DNA of 64,000 bases from Smithellaceae bacterium (GCA_963667845.2 CAXXVL010000001.1:971744-1035743); one strand, 5' to 3'. Numbered from the stretch's first letter, positions 45,649-56,036 are shown. Made by a program: numbers and translations. Notes: generated by a model from the letters alone, not told the origin.

Positions 45649-46030
45649 TCATCCTTCTTGGCAAACCGGCAGGTAAGTAACATAATACGCAAGAGCTGAC
45701 AATGTTTTCTCCGTTGAAAAGGTTTTGAATGCGTTTGGAAGAACCACATTGACAGCAAGACGGCTTTCCGGCGGCGTAAAATACATCGAGGCATGAACGG
45801 TCTCGCTCGTTTCTTCATTCCGGAGCCTCTGTGCCATCATGCAGGAGATTTTGATTTTCGGTGGGAACCGAGTGTGAGAATTGCTGCAGGTTCATGATCT
45901 TTATTTCGATTGCAGTCGTGATCCCGGCGACGCAGCCCCGAAAGAGATGGCTGATTCAATTATATAGTGGAATAAGCAAACCGTACGTTATGCGTTACAC
46001 CTATGCTTTATCAAGCGCATCACTGAAACT

Positions 46031-46768
46031 TCAATCTCTGAAGCGAAACCGGATAATGTGAAAGATGGCGGAGACGGCATCTTTCCAGCCAATTTTCTTT
46101 CCTTCTTCGTAGGTGCGTCCGGCGTAGGAAATTCCTGTTTCATACACTCTTGCATGCTTTCCGTTTATGCGAAGACGGGCGACTTTGGCCGTGATCTCGG
46201 GTTCGACGCCAAAGCGGGGACTTTTGATTTCGATTCGATCGATGACGTCCCGTGTGAAAACTTTATAGCAGACCTCCATGTCCGTCAGATTCAGGTTGGT
46301 CAGCATGTTGGAAATCGTTGTCAGGCAGTTATTGGCGAGTTGATGCCAGAAATACATGACCCGGTGCGGTTCGCCTATAAAACGGCTGCCGAACACAACA
46401 TCGGCCTTGCCGTCGAGAATAGGTTGTAAAAGTTTCGGAAAATCGGCCGGATCATACTCCAGATCGGCATCCTGAATGACAACGATATCTCCCCTGACCT
46501 TCTTGAAGCCGTCGCGCAATGCTGCGCCTTTTCCTTCGTTGATCGGTTTGTCGATTAATTCAAATCTGATTTCCGGGAATTTGGCAGCGAACGAATTCAT
46601 TACGTTCCATGTTCCGTCTTTCGAAGCGTCATTCACGACAATCAATTCGCGTTCAAGACCGTTCGGAAGAGGCTGCCGCATTACCTTATGAAGAATTTCT
46701 TCGAGATAATATTCTTCATTGTAAACGGGAATAACAATGGACAAGAGTTTAAAAGGGGATGACGTCAT
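46031..46768 (-). CDS. GT2 glycosyltransferase (polyprenol-phosphate sugar synthase-like)
   Basis: IPVYNE, VNDASKDGT, QDADLEYDP, GSRF. Confidence 0.92.
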   Translation of the reverse strand: MTSSPFKLLSIVIPVYNEEYYLEEILHKVMRQPLPNGLERELIVVNDASKDGTWNVMNSFAAKFPEIRFELIDKPINEGKGAALRDGFKKVRGDIVVIQDADLEYDPADFPKLLQPILDGKADVVFGSRFIGEPHRVMYFWHQLANNCLTTISNMLTNLNLTDMEVCYKVFTRDVIDRIEIKSPRFGVEPEITAKVARLRINGKHARVYETGISYAGRTYEEGKKIGWKDAVSAIFHIIRFRFRD

Positions 46769-46816
46769 AAATGAAACCTTTATTCTTTATTGATGGGGTC
46801 GTTCTTTTCAACTTCT

Positions 46817-48337
46817 TCACCCGGGTTCAGGCTCGAGGTGACTTCCTTTCTTGAGGAACAGCACACAATCGTTATCGGAATATATCAATGACCATCGCGG
46901 CTCTCCACGCAATAAAGCAGGGACTCTACTCTCCCGCCGAAATAAGATTAACTCGTGAGGATATTTGCCCAGATAGTCTTGCCAGCCGGTGCCGCCACTG
47001 GTAAATCCAAAATACTCGCGCGAAGACTTTTCGGTGTAAATTGTTTCATAACGCCCGTCCATCGCCACGCGGCTCCCCGGTAAACTCCAGATGATATACT
47101 CTCCCCAGCTGAACTCTGTCAGGATATTGCCTTTCAGGTCATGTTTGCGCAAAAATTCAATCGCACCCACGGGATAGTTGTAATCGGACGCCTGCCCTTG
47201 AGCGGTATTGCCAAGCGTGATGTCAAAAGGATGACCGGTGATAAATCGAGTGCCGAAAAGAAAGAAAAGACATAAGAAAAGAAGCCCGGTGAACACGGAT
47301 AGTGGTTTCTTCCACTGATCGGTATGCGCGGCTGAATAACGTATGGTATCCCATGCTCGCGTAAAATAAATAGGGCCGAAGCAGCCCATGACGAGGAAAA
47401 ACACGCTCTGATGTCTTACGTGCCTAAACGCCAAGTATGATGTCGCCATGATGAGCAGAATATCCGAGAAATTACGGCGCCGTGATGTGATCAGCATGAG
47501 AAAAGCCAGTATCGTGAGAATGAGAAACATAAGAATGTTCGTCGAGAACTCGCCATTTTGCAAAGCGGAAAGAACGGAGTGCCACTCATCAATATCGGGA
47601 CGGGGCATGAAGAGAGCATCCTTCAGATATGTCCAATATTTTAATCCGTAAGGATTGATGAGAGTCACGAATGTCGCGGGCACCAGAATCAGCCAATAAG
47701 GTTTTGATGCTTGTTTTGAAATCAACTCCCCCAGGGCAAACAAACCAATCATTCCAAGACCGGCAACAAATCCTCCGTGCAGATTAGCCCACAGCAGGTA
47801 GAGCGGCACCAGCCACCACAGGGCGTAATAACGGTTCTTCTGTTTTGAGTTTTCAAGAAGATAAAGGGTCAGTACGAAGAAGAGGTTTGTAAATGCCTGG
47901 GCTCTCAAGGGCGAGTATGCAAAACTGAAAAAAGGGCTTATTAAGAGCAGGCAGATGACCGCAGTCTGAGCTGAAGCGCCCCGTGTTCTTGCCGTCTTGT
48001 AAATTAGAAAAGCAGTTCCGATACCGATGATGTATTTCAATGCCTGCAGGCCGGCAGCCCCCAGATGTTGATATATCGGATAGAATATGACGCCTGTCAG
48101 CCATTCGTGATACACCCACAGCGTTTTTGTGGGGGTGTAAGAAAAGATGTCCTGATAAGGGAAGTTGGTGGTGCTCCAAAACAATCGTCCGAATGACATG
48201 TAACCCCACAAATCGGGATCGGCCATGGTTTCCGTGAGCCGCCCGAGAATTAAAGCGATCGTGCCGAGCCCAACGATTACATGCAACCAATTGATTGTAT
48301 AGTGTGTGCCTTTGATCCATTGCGGGTGTGGTAGCAA
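46817..48337 (-). CDS. Multi-TM membrane protein, putative GT-C glycosyltransferase
   Basis: ADPDLWGY after TM1, HEWL, LWANLHGGF, NPYG; adjacent to GT2. Confidence 0.65.
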   Translation of the reverse strand: MLPHPQWIKGTHYTINWLHVIVGLGTIALILGRLTETMADPDLWGYMSFGRLFWSTTNFPYQDIFSYTPTKTLWVYHEWLTGVIFYPIYQHLGAAGLQALKYIIGIGTAFLIYKTARTRGASAQTAVICLLLISPFFSFAYSPLRAQAFTNLFFVLTLYLLENSKQKNRYYALWWLVPLYLLWANLHGGFVAGLGMIGLFALGELISKQASKPYWLILVPATFVTLINPYGLKYWTYLKDALFMPRPDIDEWHSVLSALQNGEFSTNILMFLILTILAFLMLITSRRRNFSDILLIMATSYLAFRHVRHQSVFFLVMGCFGPIYFTRAWDTIRYSAAHTDQWKKPLSVFTGLLFLCLFFLFGTRFITGHPFDITLGNTAQGQASDYNYPVGAIEFLRKHDLKGNILTEFSWGEYIIWSLPGSRVAMDGRYETIYTEKSSREYFGFTSGGTGWQDYLGKYPHELILFRRESRVPALLRGEPRWSLIYSDNDCVLFLKKGSHLEPEPG

Positions 48338-48470
48338 TTAAACCGTCCTTCGCTTTCTTTTTCCGATTGGAATCGGCAAGCCTGCAGGAGTTAAATGACA
48401 CTTGTTTGTCGTTCTTTCTCACAAACGGCCTATCAGGTCAAGTTTCTCTATCATCGATGCCTAGCCTTTT

Positions 48471-48488
48471 ATGCAGGTCATTGGCCAG
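48471..48488 (-). promoter_or_regulatory. Possible sigma54 promoter
   Basis: CTGGCCAATGACCTGCAT (GG-N10-GC) upstream of the membrane protein gene. Confidence 0.35.
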
Positions 48489-48504
48489 TTCTATGAAAGA
48501 CGCA

Positions 48505-48608
48505 TTTAATCCCGCTTAAGCGGTACGAGCGCTAATTCTCAGTAGCTTCCCGCGATATAATAACGCTCATTTAATACGTCGGCAGCTTGCTGCGAGTTGT
48601 GGCTGATT
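48505..48608 (+). repeat. Dispersed palindromic repeat, copy 3
   Basis: TTTAATCCCGCTTAAGCGGTACGAGCGCTAATTCTC...GGCAGCTTGCTGCGAGTTGTGGCTGATT. Confidence 0.75.
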
Positions 48609-48759
48609 CAATTAACGGCAATGTCCTGTTACGCTCTCATGGAACGACCTGAGACGCTATGTGGAATGAATTTGCCTGGTGCCGGCAAGAAGGGATTCAA
48701 TAAGATCAACGTTTGGACGGATAAGTGAGGAATGACGATGAGTAAACGTTTAACGATGT

Positions 48760-49155
48760 CTACCGAATCGGCCATTCACCGCGCGCCTGCAGAACTTCTT
48801 TGAAAGCACTGAGCGCTTCGTTCACCGCCGGCATACCCGCGTACGTCGCCGTCTGGAAGAAAATTTCGACCAGTTTCTTTGGATCACAGCCGACGTTCAG
48901 AGCCGCGTTGGCATGGACCTTTAATTCGTCCCGGGCTTTTATCGCGGCCAGCATCGCGCAAGCCGCCATCTGACGTTCCTGGAGGGATAGAACGTCGCGG
49001 GAGTATAAATTACCCGTGATAAAGCGCGAAAAATCGTTGGCCAGATCGCGGTCAAATTCACGCCATAATGAATAGGGCCGATCCAGTTTCGCGCCTCCGG
49101 AGAAGAGTTTTTCCGCAGTCTTTTGTGTTCTGTCTTTCAGCAGTTGATCGTTCAT
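48760..49155 (-). CDS. Carboxymuconolactone decarboxylase (CMD/AhpD-like) family protein
   Basis: LYSRDVLSLQERQM..ELKVH..ALNVG..YAGMPA. Confidence 0.88.
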   Translation of the reverse strand: MNDQLLKDRTQKTAEKLFSGGAKLDRPYSLWREFDRDLANDFSRFITGNLYSRDVLSLQERQMAACAMLAAIKARDELKVHANAALNVGCDPKKLVEIFFQTATYAGMPAVNEALSAFKEVLQARGEWPIR

Positions 49156-49168
49156 ATGCCCTCGATAA

Positions 49169-50479
49169 TTATTTCATGATAAAGACGTCTCTTTGCCTGT
49201 CTTGGAAATAGATGTGATTATACTGTGAACCGTTGACTCGATCGAAGAAGACTTCGCCGTTCTTCCGGCATTCGGGACAACAGGAATTGGGCAAAATCAC
49301 CGCGAAAATCTTTTTGCCTGTGTCGGCAGCAGATTCAATCATAACAAGACCGCCGCAGTCGTCACACACACGGACCGTTTCGATTTGCTTCTCCGTAATA
49401 TCATCCGTATCGTAGTAAATATTCTTTTCGCGGCGTATATAAGCTGCGGAGCCGGTAACTTGTTTTTTCAAGTTCTTCTTTTTCTTCCACAGCGTCATTA
49501 CGTTCTTCACTTCATTTTCGATAAGGCGTGTGACTTCGGGGGATTGACGGATGCGCTGCGCATCATAATCGGGTTCACGCACCTGGCTGTAGTCCAGCCC
49601 GGCCATTGCGAGAATGATGCCGACATTGACGTACGGGAGGGCTTTTTCGATGGAATAACCGCCTTCCAGAACAGCGATGTGGGGTGCGAGTTTTTCATTT
49701 AAGAGCGCATATCCCTGGGCGCTGAAGTTCATATTGGTGATCGGGTCGCTATAATGGTTATCCTGTCCGGCTGAATTGATGATTATTTCGGGCTTGAATT
49801 CATCCAGGATCGGAAGAATGACGTTGTCCAGAGTAAACAGAAAACCTTCGTCCGACGTGCGGGGGGGAAGGGGGATATTGATGGTTGCACCCAGCGCATT
49901 GGGACCGCCGAAGTCGTCGATAAAGCCTGTTCCCGGATAAAGCGTCCGTCCGTCCTGATGCATAGAGATACACAGAACGTCGGGATCATTCCAGTAGATA
50001 TCCTGCGTGCCGTCGCCGTGATGACAATCCGTATCCACGATGGCGATTCTCTTGACGCCGAATTTATGGCGGATATATTCAACCATCACGGCTTCAATAT
50101 TGATATTGCAGAAACCGCGCGCACCGTGCGCTACAAGCATGGAATGATGCCCGGGAGGACGCACGAGGGCAAAAGCGTTGTCCACCTCTCCCGTCAGGAC
50201 TTTTTGCGCGGCGGTGATCGCACCTCCGGCAGAAATAAGGTGGGAATTCGTTGTCAGGTTTTGCGGGTTTGGAACGCAAATATGGCAGCGGTTAATATCC
50301 GCATACGTAGCGATACCCGGTTTGTATTCCAGAATATTTGGAAAATCCAGCAGACCTTCTTCGAAGACCTGGTCCTGCGTATAAAGCAGCCTCTCTTCTC
50401 GTTCCGGGTGGTTCGGGGAAATAGCCCAGTCGAATGCCGGGAAGAATATGAGACCTGTTTTTCTCTCTTTTTTGGACAT
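49169..50479 (-). CDS. Zn-dependent deacylase (HDAC/AcuC family) with Cys-rich C-terminal extension
   Basis: RPPGHH, GFC, DCHHGDGTQ, SAGQD, LEGGY. Confidence 0.92.
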   Translation of the reverse strand: MSKKERKTGLIFFPAFDWAISPNHPEREERLLYTQDQVFEEGLLDFPNILEYKPGIATYADINRCHICVPNPQNLTTNSHLISAGGAITAAQKVLTGEVDNAFALVRPPGHHSMLVAHGARGFCNINIEAVMVEYIRHKFGVKRIAIVDTDCHHGDGTQDIYWNDPDVLCISMHQDGRTLYPGTGFIDDFGGPNALGATINIPLPPRTSDEGFLFTLDNVILPILDEFKPEIIINSAGQDNHYSDPITNMNFSAQGYALLNEKLAPHIAVLEGGYSIEKALPYVNVGIILAMAGLDYSQVREPDYDAQRIRQSPEVTRLIENEVKNVMTLWKKKKNLKKQVTGSAAYIRREKNIYYDTDDITEKQIETVRVCDDCGGLVMIESAADTGKKIFAVILPNSCCPECRKNGEVFFDRVNGSQYNHIYFQDRQRDVFIMK

Positions 50480-50485
50480 TTTATT

Positions 50486-52168
50486 TTACCTTTCACCGCC
50501 GGAAGAAATCAACCCGGGTTTAATTTGAACTTTAACGCGAATATTTTTCCCCGTCGTGTAAAAGTCACGAATCATGTTGAACTCCTGACATTCGGTAACT
50601 TCCATAATGATGTCTTCCGGTGTGGCGCCCATACAGACCGCTTTTTCCCGCAAGGCTTTTTTGCCGATTTCGACGGCGTCGGCCAGACAAAAATCATGAG
50701 GAATGCTTTGGATCTGACCCTCTTCGCTGATGATGAGCTCTTTTTTCTCCGTATCAGCCAGGATCGTTATTTCGGCGGTGGTTCTGGCAACCGCCACACC
50801 AAGGGCATTGGATACTTCCGAGTGCTCGGGGATGGAATAGGGGTAGCCAAGGTTTTCAGCAATAAAGGGTGCAACCGCCGCCGGTCCTCCGGCAACATAG
50901 AGTATTTTGGGCCGGATAATTTTCCCCTCCAGAAGTTCATGAATGGTGTAGACCGGTTTGTCATTGACATCAGAAAGGATGTGGCGAACCTGGTCGGAAA
51001 TCATTCCAGCCATTTTTTCGACAATAGCGCGGGCCGTATCCCGGATGTTCATGCGTAGTTTTTTAGCGACGAGGCCGATGGCATCCTCCGCTTTTTGCCT
51101 GTCACCAATCGTTACAATACCCTCTACGATCATGGCGTCCGTCGGTGTGGGGAATGGTCCGTCCAGTGCAGCTGCTGGACCTTCCCTTTGCGGTCCGATG
51201 ACAATTTCGCCTTTTTCAATCTTCACAACGCTGTCTCCGCCCACACCGATGGATTTCGTATAGAGTCCGCGAATGAGCGTTTTGCGCCCGTCGATAACTA
51301 CGCCGGATGGTTCCAGAAGAGGGACGCCATCGGCGAAGACAGAAATGTCAGTCGTCGTACCTCCGATGTCGAGTGCGACAGCGTCGTCTTTAATACAGGC
51401 GGTTGCCAAAACGCCCATAATACCTGCTGCCGGGCCGGAGTGAATAGTCTGTACGGGGCAACAAAGGGATTTATCAATCAGCATGGTTCCTCCATCCGCT
51501 TTCAGGATATAGACAGGGATATTCGGACCGATCTTGGCGGCAAACTTCTGAACGTCCTCAACGAATCTCTGATGAATGTCATGAATGGCCGCATTGAGAT
51601 ATGTCGTAGCAATGCGGCGGGGAAAATTCAGTTGTCCGGATAGCGTATGGCCTAAAAAGATATTCCGGGAACCGTTCTGCAGTAATTGAGCTGCGTCCAG
51701 TTCCTGCTGCGGATTACGGCTGGAAAATTTTCCCACAACGCCGATGTGATGAATGGCGCTGTCAGAAATCTCATTGCTGATTTCACCAATTTCTCGGCTG
51801 CTTACTTTTTTAACGGGCACGCCGCGGTGATTGACGTAGCCTTGAGCAAAGTAAGCATCTTTACCCAGATTCAATGCAGCCGGCGATAGGCCGGGGCCGC
51901 TCAGTAAAACCATGGCCACGCGATTGATTTTGTTCTGGACAATTGCATTGGTCGAGATTGTAGTACTTAACACAATTCGTTCAATATCATTCGTGTTATT
52001 TCTTGGGATGAGCTTCTCAACGGCTTCCAGAAGCGAGGCCATGATGTTCGCTTGATCCGTGAGCACTTTAGCCTTCTTGATCAGTTGAAAATTTTTAACC
52101 AGAACGGCGTCTGTATGGGTTCCGCCGACGTCAATACCAAGTATCATTGCAGCGTCCTTTGATGTCAA
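50486..52168 (-). CDS. Hydantoinase A/oxoprolinase family protein
   Basis: GIDVGGTHTD, SGPAA, DIGGTTTD, PTPTDA, NALG. Confidence 0.9.
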   Translation of the reverse strand: MTSKDAAMILGIDVGGTHTDAVLVKNFQLIKKAKVLTDQANIMASLLEAVEKLIPRNNTNDIERIVLSTTISTNAIVQNKINRVAMVLLSGPGLSPAALNLGKDAYFAQGYVNHRGVPVKKVSSREIGEISNEISDSAIHHIGVVGKFSSRNPQQELDAAQLLQNGSRNIFLGHTLSGQLNFPRRIATTYLNAAIHDIHQRFVEDVQKFAAKIGPNIPVYILKADGGTMLIDKSLCCPVQTIHSGPAAGIMGVLATACIKDDAVALDIGGTTTDISVFADGVPLLEPSGVVIDGRKTLIRGLYTKSIGVGGDSVVKIEKGEIVIGPQREGPAAALDGPFPTPTDAMIVEGIVTIGDRQKAEDAIGLVAKKLRMNIRDTARAIVEKMAGMISDQVRHILSDVNDKPVYTIHELLEGKIIRPKILYVAGGPAAVAPFIAENLGYPYSIPEHSEVSNALGVAVARTTAEITILADTEKKELIISEEGQIQSIPHDFCLADAVEIGKKALREKAVCMGATPEDIIMEVTECQEFNMIRDFYTTGKNIRVKVQIKPGLISSGGER

Positions 52169-52286
52169 TTTTTCTCACTTATATATGTTTAAATATCTCT
52201 TGACAAGGCAAAAAAAAGGCGTATTGTCACCCATCGTGAATCTAGTGTGTTCACACACTAAAATTTTTGAAAGGAGGAATTGTCTA

Positions 52287-52484
52287 ATGAAGAAGGTATT
52301 GGCCATTTTTGTTAGCGTGCTTTTGTTGGCTTCTTTATCAATCGCGGCAGTAGGCTGCAAGCAGGCACCGAAGGAAGAAGCACCTAAGGTTGAAGCGCCC
52401 GCAGCACCCGCAGCGACGGCAGCACCCGCAGCGCCCGCAGCGCCCGCAGCGACGGCGGCACCGGCCCCTGCACCGGCAAAATAA
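52287..52484 (+). CDS. Small Ala/Pro-rich lipoprotein
   Basis: RBS AAGGAGG, signal peptide with AVG-C lipobox, PAA repeats from 9-bp tandem units. Confidence 0.85.
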   Translation: MKKVLAIFVSVLLLASLSIAAVGCKQAPKEEAPKVEAPAAPAATAAPAAPAAPAATAAPAPAPAK

Positions 52485-52511
52485 TCATATAATCAATTGC
52501 AGGATTATAGG

Positions 52512-52553
52512 ACCGGGTTACCCTTGATGATTCAAGGGTAACCCGGTTTTTTT
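52512..52553 (+). terminator. Intrinsic terminator
   Basis: ACCGGGTTACCCTTGA-TGAT-TCAAGGGTAACCCGG followed by T7. Confidence 0.88.
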
Positions 52554-52636
52554 AGTTTCTTGACATGCTTGTCTTTAATGCTAAATTAACCATAATATGC
52601 TAAAATTGAACGAAAAATAAACTCAGGGGGTGCATT

Positions 52637-53017
52637 ATGGCAAGGGATTGGGATCTCGCAAAAGGGTTGGTGATTGGTGGTTTGATCGGTGCAGCGATTG
52701 GAATTTTGTTTGCCCCGAAAAGTGGAAAAGAAACCCGCCAGGACATTGCTGACAAAGCAGACGAACTTTTATCCAAGGCAAAAGAAGAATATGAAAGAGC
52801 CATAGAAAAAAGCAAGGCCACCTATGATGCGGCAGTTACGCGCCTCAGTACGGCAGAAGGTACCGTCAGAGAAAAAGTAAAGGAAATAGAAAAAAACATC
52901 GGCGAGTTTGCTCAGCAGGGCGCCGAGACGCTGGCTGACAATACAAGTCGTCTGAAAAAAGCTCTTGATGCCGGAGTGGAGGCCTATAGGGAAGAAAAAA
53001 ATAAAAAGCCGGTTTAG
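52637..53017 (+). CDS. YtxH domain protein
   Basis: GGLIGAAIGILFAPKSGKETR. Confidence 0.9.
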   Translation: MARDWDLAKGLVIGGLIGAAIGILFAPKSGKETRQDIADKADELLSKAKEEYERAIEKSKATYDAAVTRLSTAEGTVREKVKEIEKNIGEFAQQGAETLADNTSRLKKALDAGVEAYREEKNKKPV

Positions 53018-53084
53018 ACCGTTGCTGACCATTTTCAAAAGTTGTCGTTAACGATTAAGAAAAGAATACTCGAGGAGAGAAATC

Positions 53085-53480
53085 ATGAACCTGGAAATGG
53101 GTTTGATAATTTTTGGCAGCGCTCTGCTGTTACTGGTGTTGTTTTGTATCCCAATTCTGCTGAAACTCTGGCGTGCAGCAAGTGACGTTACGGTAACGCT
53201 GCAGGCTTTGAACGAGAGACTTCCGGTGATTTTGAAAAATCTGGAAGAGATCTCGACTAACATCAATAATTCGACAACGGCAATCAATGGGGAAGTTCAA
53301 AAATATGCAGCCACGTCCGATCGTTTTCATACTGTGATGAATGAGGTAGTAAATGGCATTGAACTTATTACGCCATTTGCCGTCAAGTCTCCCGTATTTC
53401 GGAAATTGACTGAGGTGATTGCCCTGGTTAAAGGAGTCAAGGCATTTCTTGGCGTCTTAACCGGAAGGCATGGGGTTTGA
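53085..53480 (+). CDS. DUF948/YoxC-like membrane-anchored coiled-coil protein
   Basis: N-terminal TM plus coiled coil; adjacent to YtxH. Confidence 0.7.
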   Translation: MNLEMGLIIFGSALLLLVLFCIPILLKLWRAASDVTVTLQALNERLPVILKNLEEISTNINNSTTAINGEVQKYAATSDRFHTVMNEVVNGIELITPFAVKSPVFRKLTEVIALVKGVKAFLGVLTGRHGV

Positions 53481-53486
53481 AGCGAC

Positions 53487-53951
53487 ATGGCGAAAATGAC
53501 TTTTTCCAATAAGTGGGGGCGTGTCGCCGTTTCCAAAAAACCGTTGACATCGAGTGGGCAGAAATCGGCGGAAGATGCTGTGCGTGAAATGAAAAATGCC
53601 GCCAAAGCCCCGGGCGGTGAGGATTACCGGGAAAGGTCTTTAAGCATTCATGGCCTTGTTTGCGCACGTTGCGGCCGCGATTTTTCGGGCATGAACCGGC
53701 AGCTTTTGACCGTTCACCACAAGGATGGCAATCATCATAATAATCCCCCGGACGGCAGCAACTGGGAAAACCTTTGCGCATTCTGTCACGAAGACGTGCA
53801 TAGCCGGGAAGTCTTGTCTGAATACCTCGGGGATAGCGCAGGAAGTCGCGAAGTGAGTCTCGTTTACGGCGGATCGCCGCCCGCGGAACCGGAATCGTCA
53901 GGGATACTGGCGCAAAAACTCAAACAGGCCTTGCAAAAGACTAAGTCTTAA
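53487..53951 (+). CDS. YajD-like HNH nuclease
   Basis: YRERSL..CARCGR..LTVHHKDGNH.NNPPDGSNWENLC..CH. Confidence 0.88.
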   Translation: MAKMTFSNKWGRVAVSKKPLTSSGQKSAEDAVREMKNAAKAPGGEDYRERSLSIHGLVCARCGRDFSGMNRQLLTVHHKDGNHHNNPPDGSNWENLCAFCHEDVHSREVLSEYLGDSAGSREVSLVYGGSPPAEPESSGILAQKLKQALQKTKS

Positions 53952-54030
53952 TCTCCGGTTTCGCTAATATTTCCATAAACGGATAACTTTATTTCTTTCC
54001 CTTCTTTGCCTATCTCTTCAGTCAGTATGT

Positions 54031-56016
54031 TCATTGATGAGAAAGACGAATCATCTCGAACAAGAATGCCGGCTGGTTCCTTTGCTTTGCCGGAAGATAC
54101 GATTCATTTTCCTCAAAAAAATAAATTAAAATTCTCCGGGGACCGTCATATTTATGCTTATATTCAATTTCTGCTTTATAATTCTGCGCCTCTCCCGGGT
54201 TTATGCTGAATTCGGCAACCTTTTTCTTCTCCACATACGCTCTGATTCGGCCAGGCAGACCGATTGATCTTACGCCGATGAATTCAATCAATTCTCTGTT
54301 TTGTGCCAGCCCGTCAAGTTTTTGAGGTTTAACGTAGACAACAGATACGTCCTCCGCGCTGATCAGTCCGTTTCGTAAAGGTATCATGCCGAGGGTATTG
54401 TAGCGAGTAAATGTTTCCCGGCTCGCTGCTGTAACGACACCCTCGTGCCAATGAACATTTTTATACAGGAAAGGCGCCCTTGCTGGTGTGACACTCCGGT
54501 AATTCACAAAATCCGGTTTGCGCTCTTCAATCATAACTAATCGCAGTTCGGGGCTGGTTTCCAGAAATGCTTTTATATTGGCCGGAAGATGGATGACAAG
54601 AAATAGAACCAGAATCGGGAACGACACTTTCACGGGTAAGAGGGCTAACAGGCCGGCAAGCATGAACAGAATGGTCAGATAATAGCATTCAACAAAGTAA
54701 CGCATGGTTACTATATTCCCCGTAAAGATGATCAGTGCATTGATGATAACTGACGTTATGCCGAGAATGATCGTAATTTTGCGCATATTCGAACTCATCT
54801 TCAAGGCCCGGTAGATGCCGAACATTGCAACAGGCAGTAAGATAATCAACAGAGGATTATTGTATAGTAAGTATGGCGGGACGCATTCTGACCACGATGC
54901 ACTTTTTTCCTCTAAGCCGTAAAATAAGGTCAATCCCGGCGATGTGTAATATGCAAGAAGTTTGTATGCGGTGTTGGCCAACTGAGTCATCGGGGAAAAG
55001 AGGCCGTTCTGAATACGCAGATAAGAATAAAATACAGGGTTTTGGAGTTTCAGACCAAAATCGAAAATGCTGCCGAAACGGATGAAGTTCAGGGCCAGCT
55101 GCCCCGCGATCAAGAATGCAGGAACCGCCATTAAGGTGTAGTGAAATCCTTTTAGTGTTGATCTGGTTTTTTTATTCGTAATGAGTTTGCCCAGGATAAC
55201 CGGAATGACAAAGACTGCAAATACGAACCAGGTTCCCCGCACTGATGCAGCTGCCGCGAAAAGACAGGATGCAATAATCAGATAAGTAGGCTGGTTTTCT
55301 TTTTGACCTTTAATCAGATAAAAGAGTCCAGGCAGCGCCAGGCCCATACTAAAAATTATCTGTTGCTCGTAGATGACAAAATGGCCGAAAAACCAGGAAT
55401 CATGATAAATGCCATCAGGTAGAGGAAGATTGAAGATTAGCATCCAGGACAAGATGATCGTCGCGAATATCAAGAAACCTTGACTTGATGGCGTCCGCGA
55501 CGCCGTATGCATGATTTCAAAGACGATGTACTGCAGAAAGAAGACAAAGAGAAATAAGAAAAGAAGAACAAGAAAGTAGCTGGATATTGTTCTGCCGAGA
55601 AATGCCGATAGAAAGGCGTGCAAAGCAGATGGTAACATTCCCCAGTAAAGATAATAGTTTCCTTGGTAGAGACTGATATCGTGATAAAACATATCACGGT
55701 AATCGGGAGTGATGGCGATGTGACCCTTTTGTAGCGCATAGGCTTGGATATCGATAAAGGCATCAAGCAAACCAGGTTGGTGAAATCCTTGCGACAAATA
55801 ATAAATCCAAATCAATGCCGCAATAAGAGCACTCACAAACAACGAAAAACCGACCCTTTTGCTGGTTTCTATTTCCGGATCAAATAATGTTATTTCATTC
55901 ATCCTGGAAAATTGCCTTTGTGGCGATCTGTGCCCTATCGAAAAGAAATCAGTCGGGAAGTCTTGTTTAGCTCCTAGCCCATCTTCCAAATTGTCTGCGA
56001 TACTGATGTATGACAC
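54031..56016 (-). CDS. Multi-TM membrane protein, possible GT-C-like glycosyltransferase
   Basis: 661 aa, many TM segments, DISLYQGNYYLYWG..P loop, NFIRFG..FDFG. Confidence 0.55.
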   Translation of the reverse strand: MSYISIADNLEDGLGAKQDFPTDFFSIGHRSPQRQFSRMNEITLFDPEIETSKRVGFSLFVSALIAALIWIYYLSQGFHQPGLLDAFIDIQAYALQKGHIAITPDYRDMFYHDISLYQGNYYLYWGMLPSALHAFLSAFLGRTISSYFLVLLFLFLFVFFLQYIVFEIMHTASRTPSSQGFLIFATIILSWMLIFNLPLPDGIYHDSWFFGHFVIYEQQIIFSMGLALPGLFYLIKGQKENQPTYLIIASCLFAAAASVRGTWFVFAVFVIPVILGKLITNKKTRSTLKGFHYTLMAVPAFLIAGQLALNFIRFGSIFDFGLKLQNPVFYSYLRIQNGLFSPMTQLANTAYKLLAYYTSPGLTLFYGLEEKSASWSECVPPYLLYNNPLLIILLPVAMFGIYRALKMSSNMRKITIILGITSVIINALIIFTGNIVTMRYFVECYYLTILFMLAGLLALLPVKVSFPILVLFLVIHLPANIKAFLETSPELRLVMIEERKPDFVNYRSVTPARAPFLYKNVHWHEGVVTAASRETFTRYNTLGMIPLRNGLISAEDVSVVYVKPQKLDGLAQNRELIEFIGVRSIGLPGRIRAYVEKKKVAEFSINPGEAQNYKAEIEYKHKYDGPRRILIYFFEENESYLPAKQRNQPAFLFEMIRLSHQ

Positions 56017-56036
56017 GGACTCTTCAAGAAAAAATA

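Noticed and set aside
45660..46030. Possible ncRNA or small gene in the mazG-GT2 gap
   Set aside because: No recognisable RNA family, promoter spacing or coding signature
49958..51058. 366-aa plus-strand ORF and similar long antisense ORFs (18353-19096, 19403-20173, 26621-27328, 44923-45699)
   Set aside because: Shadows opposite well-supported genes, with no motifs
53487..53951. HNH nuclease as a defence or mobile gene
   Set aside because: Matches the widespread YajD-like type in a housekeeping context
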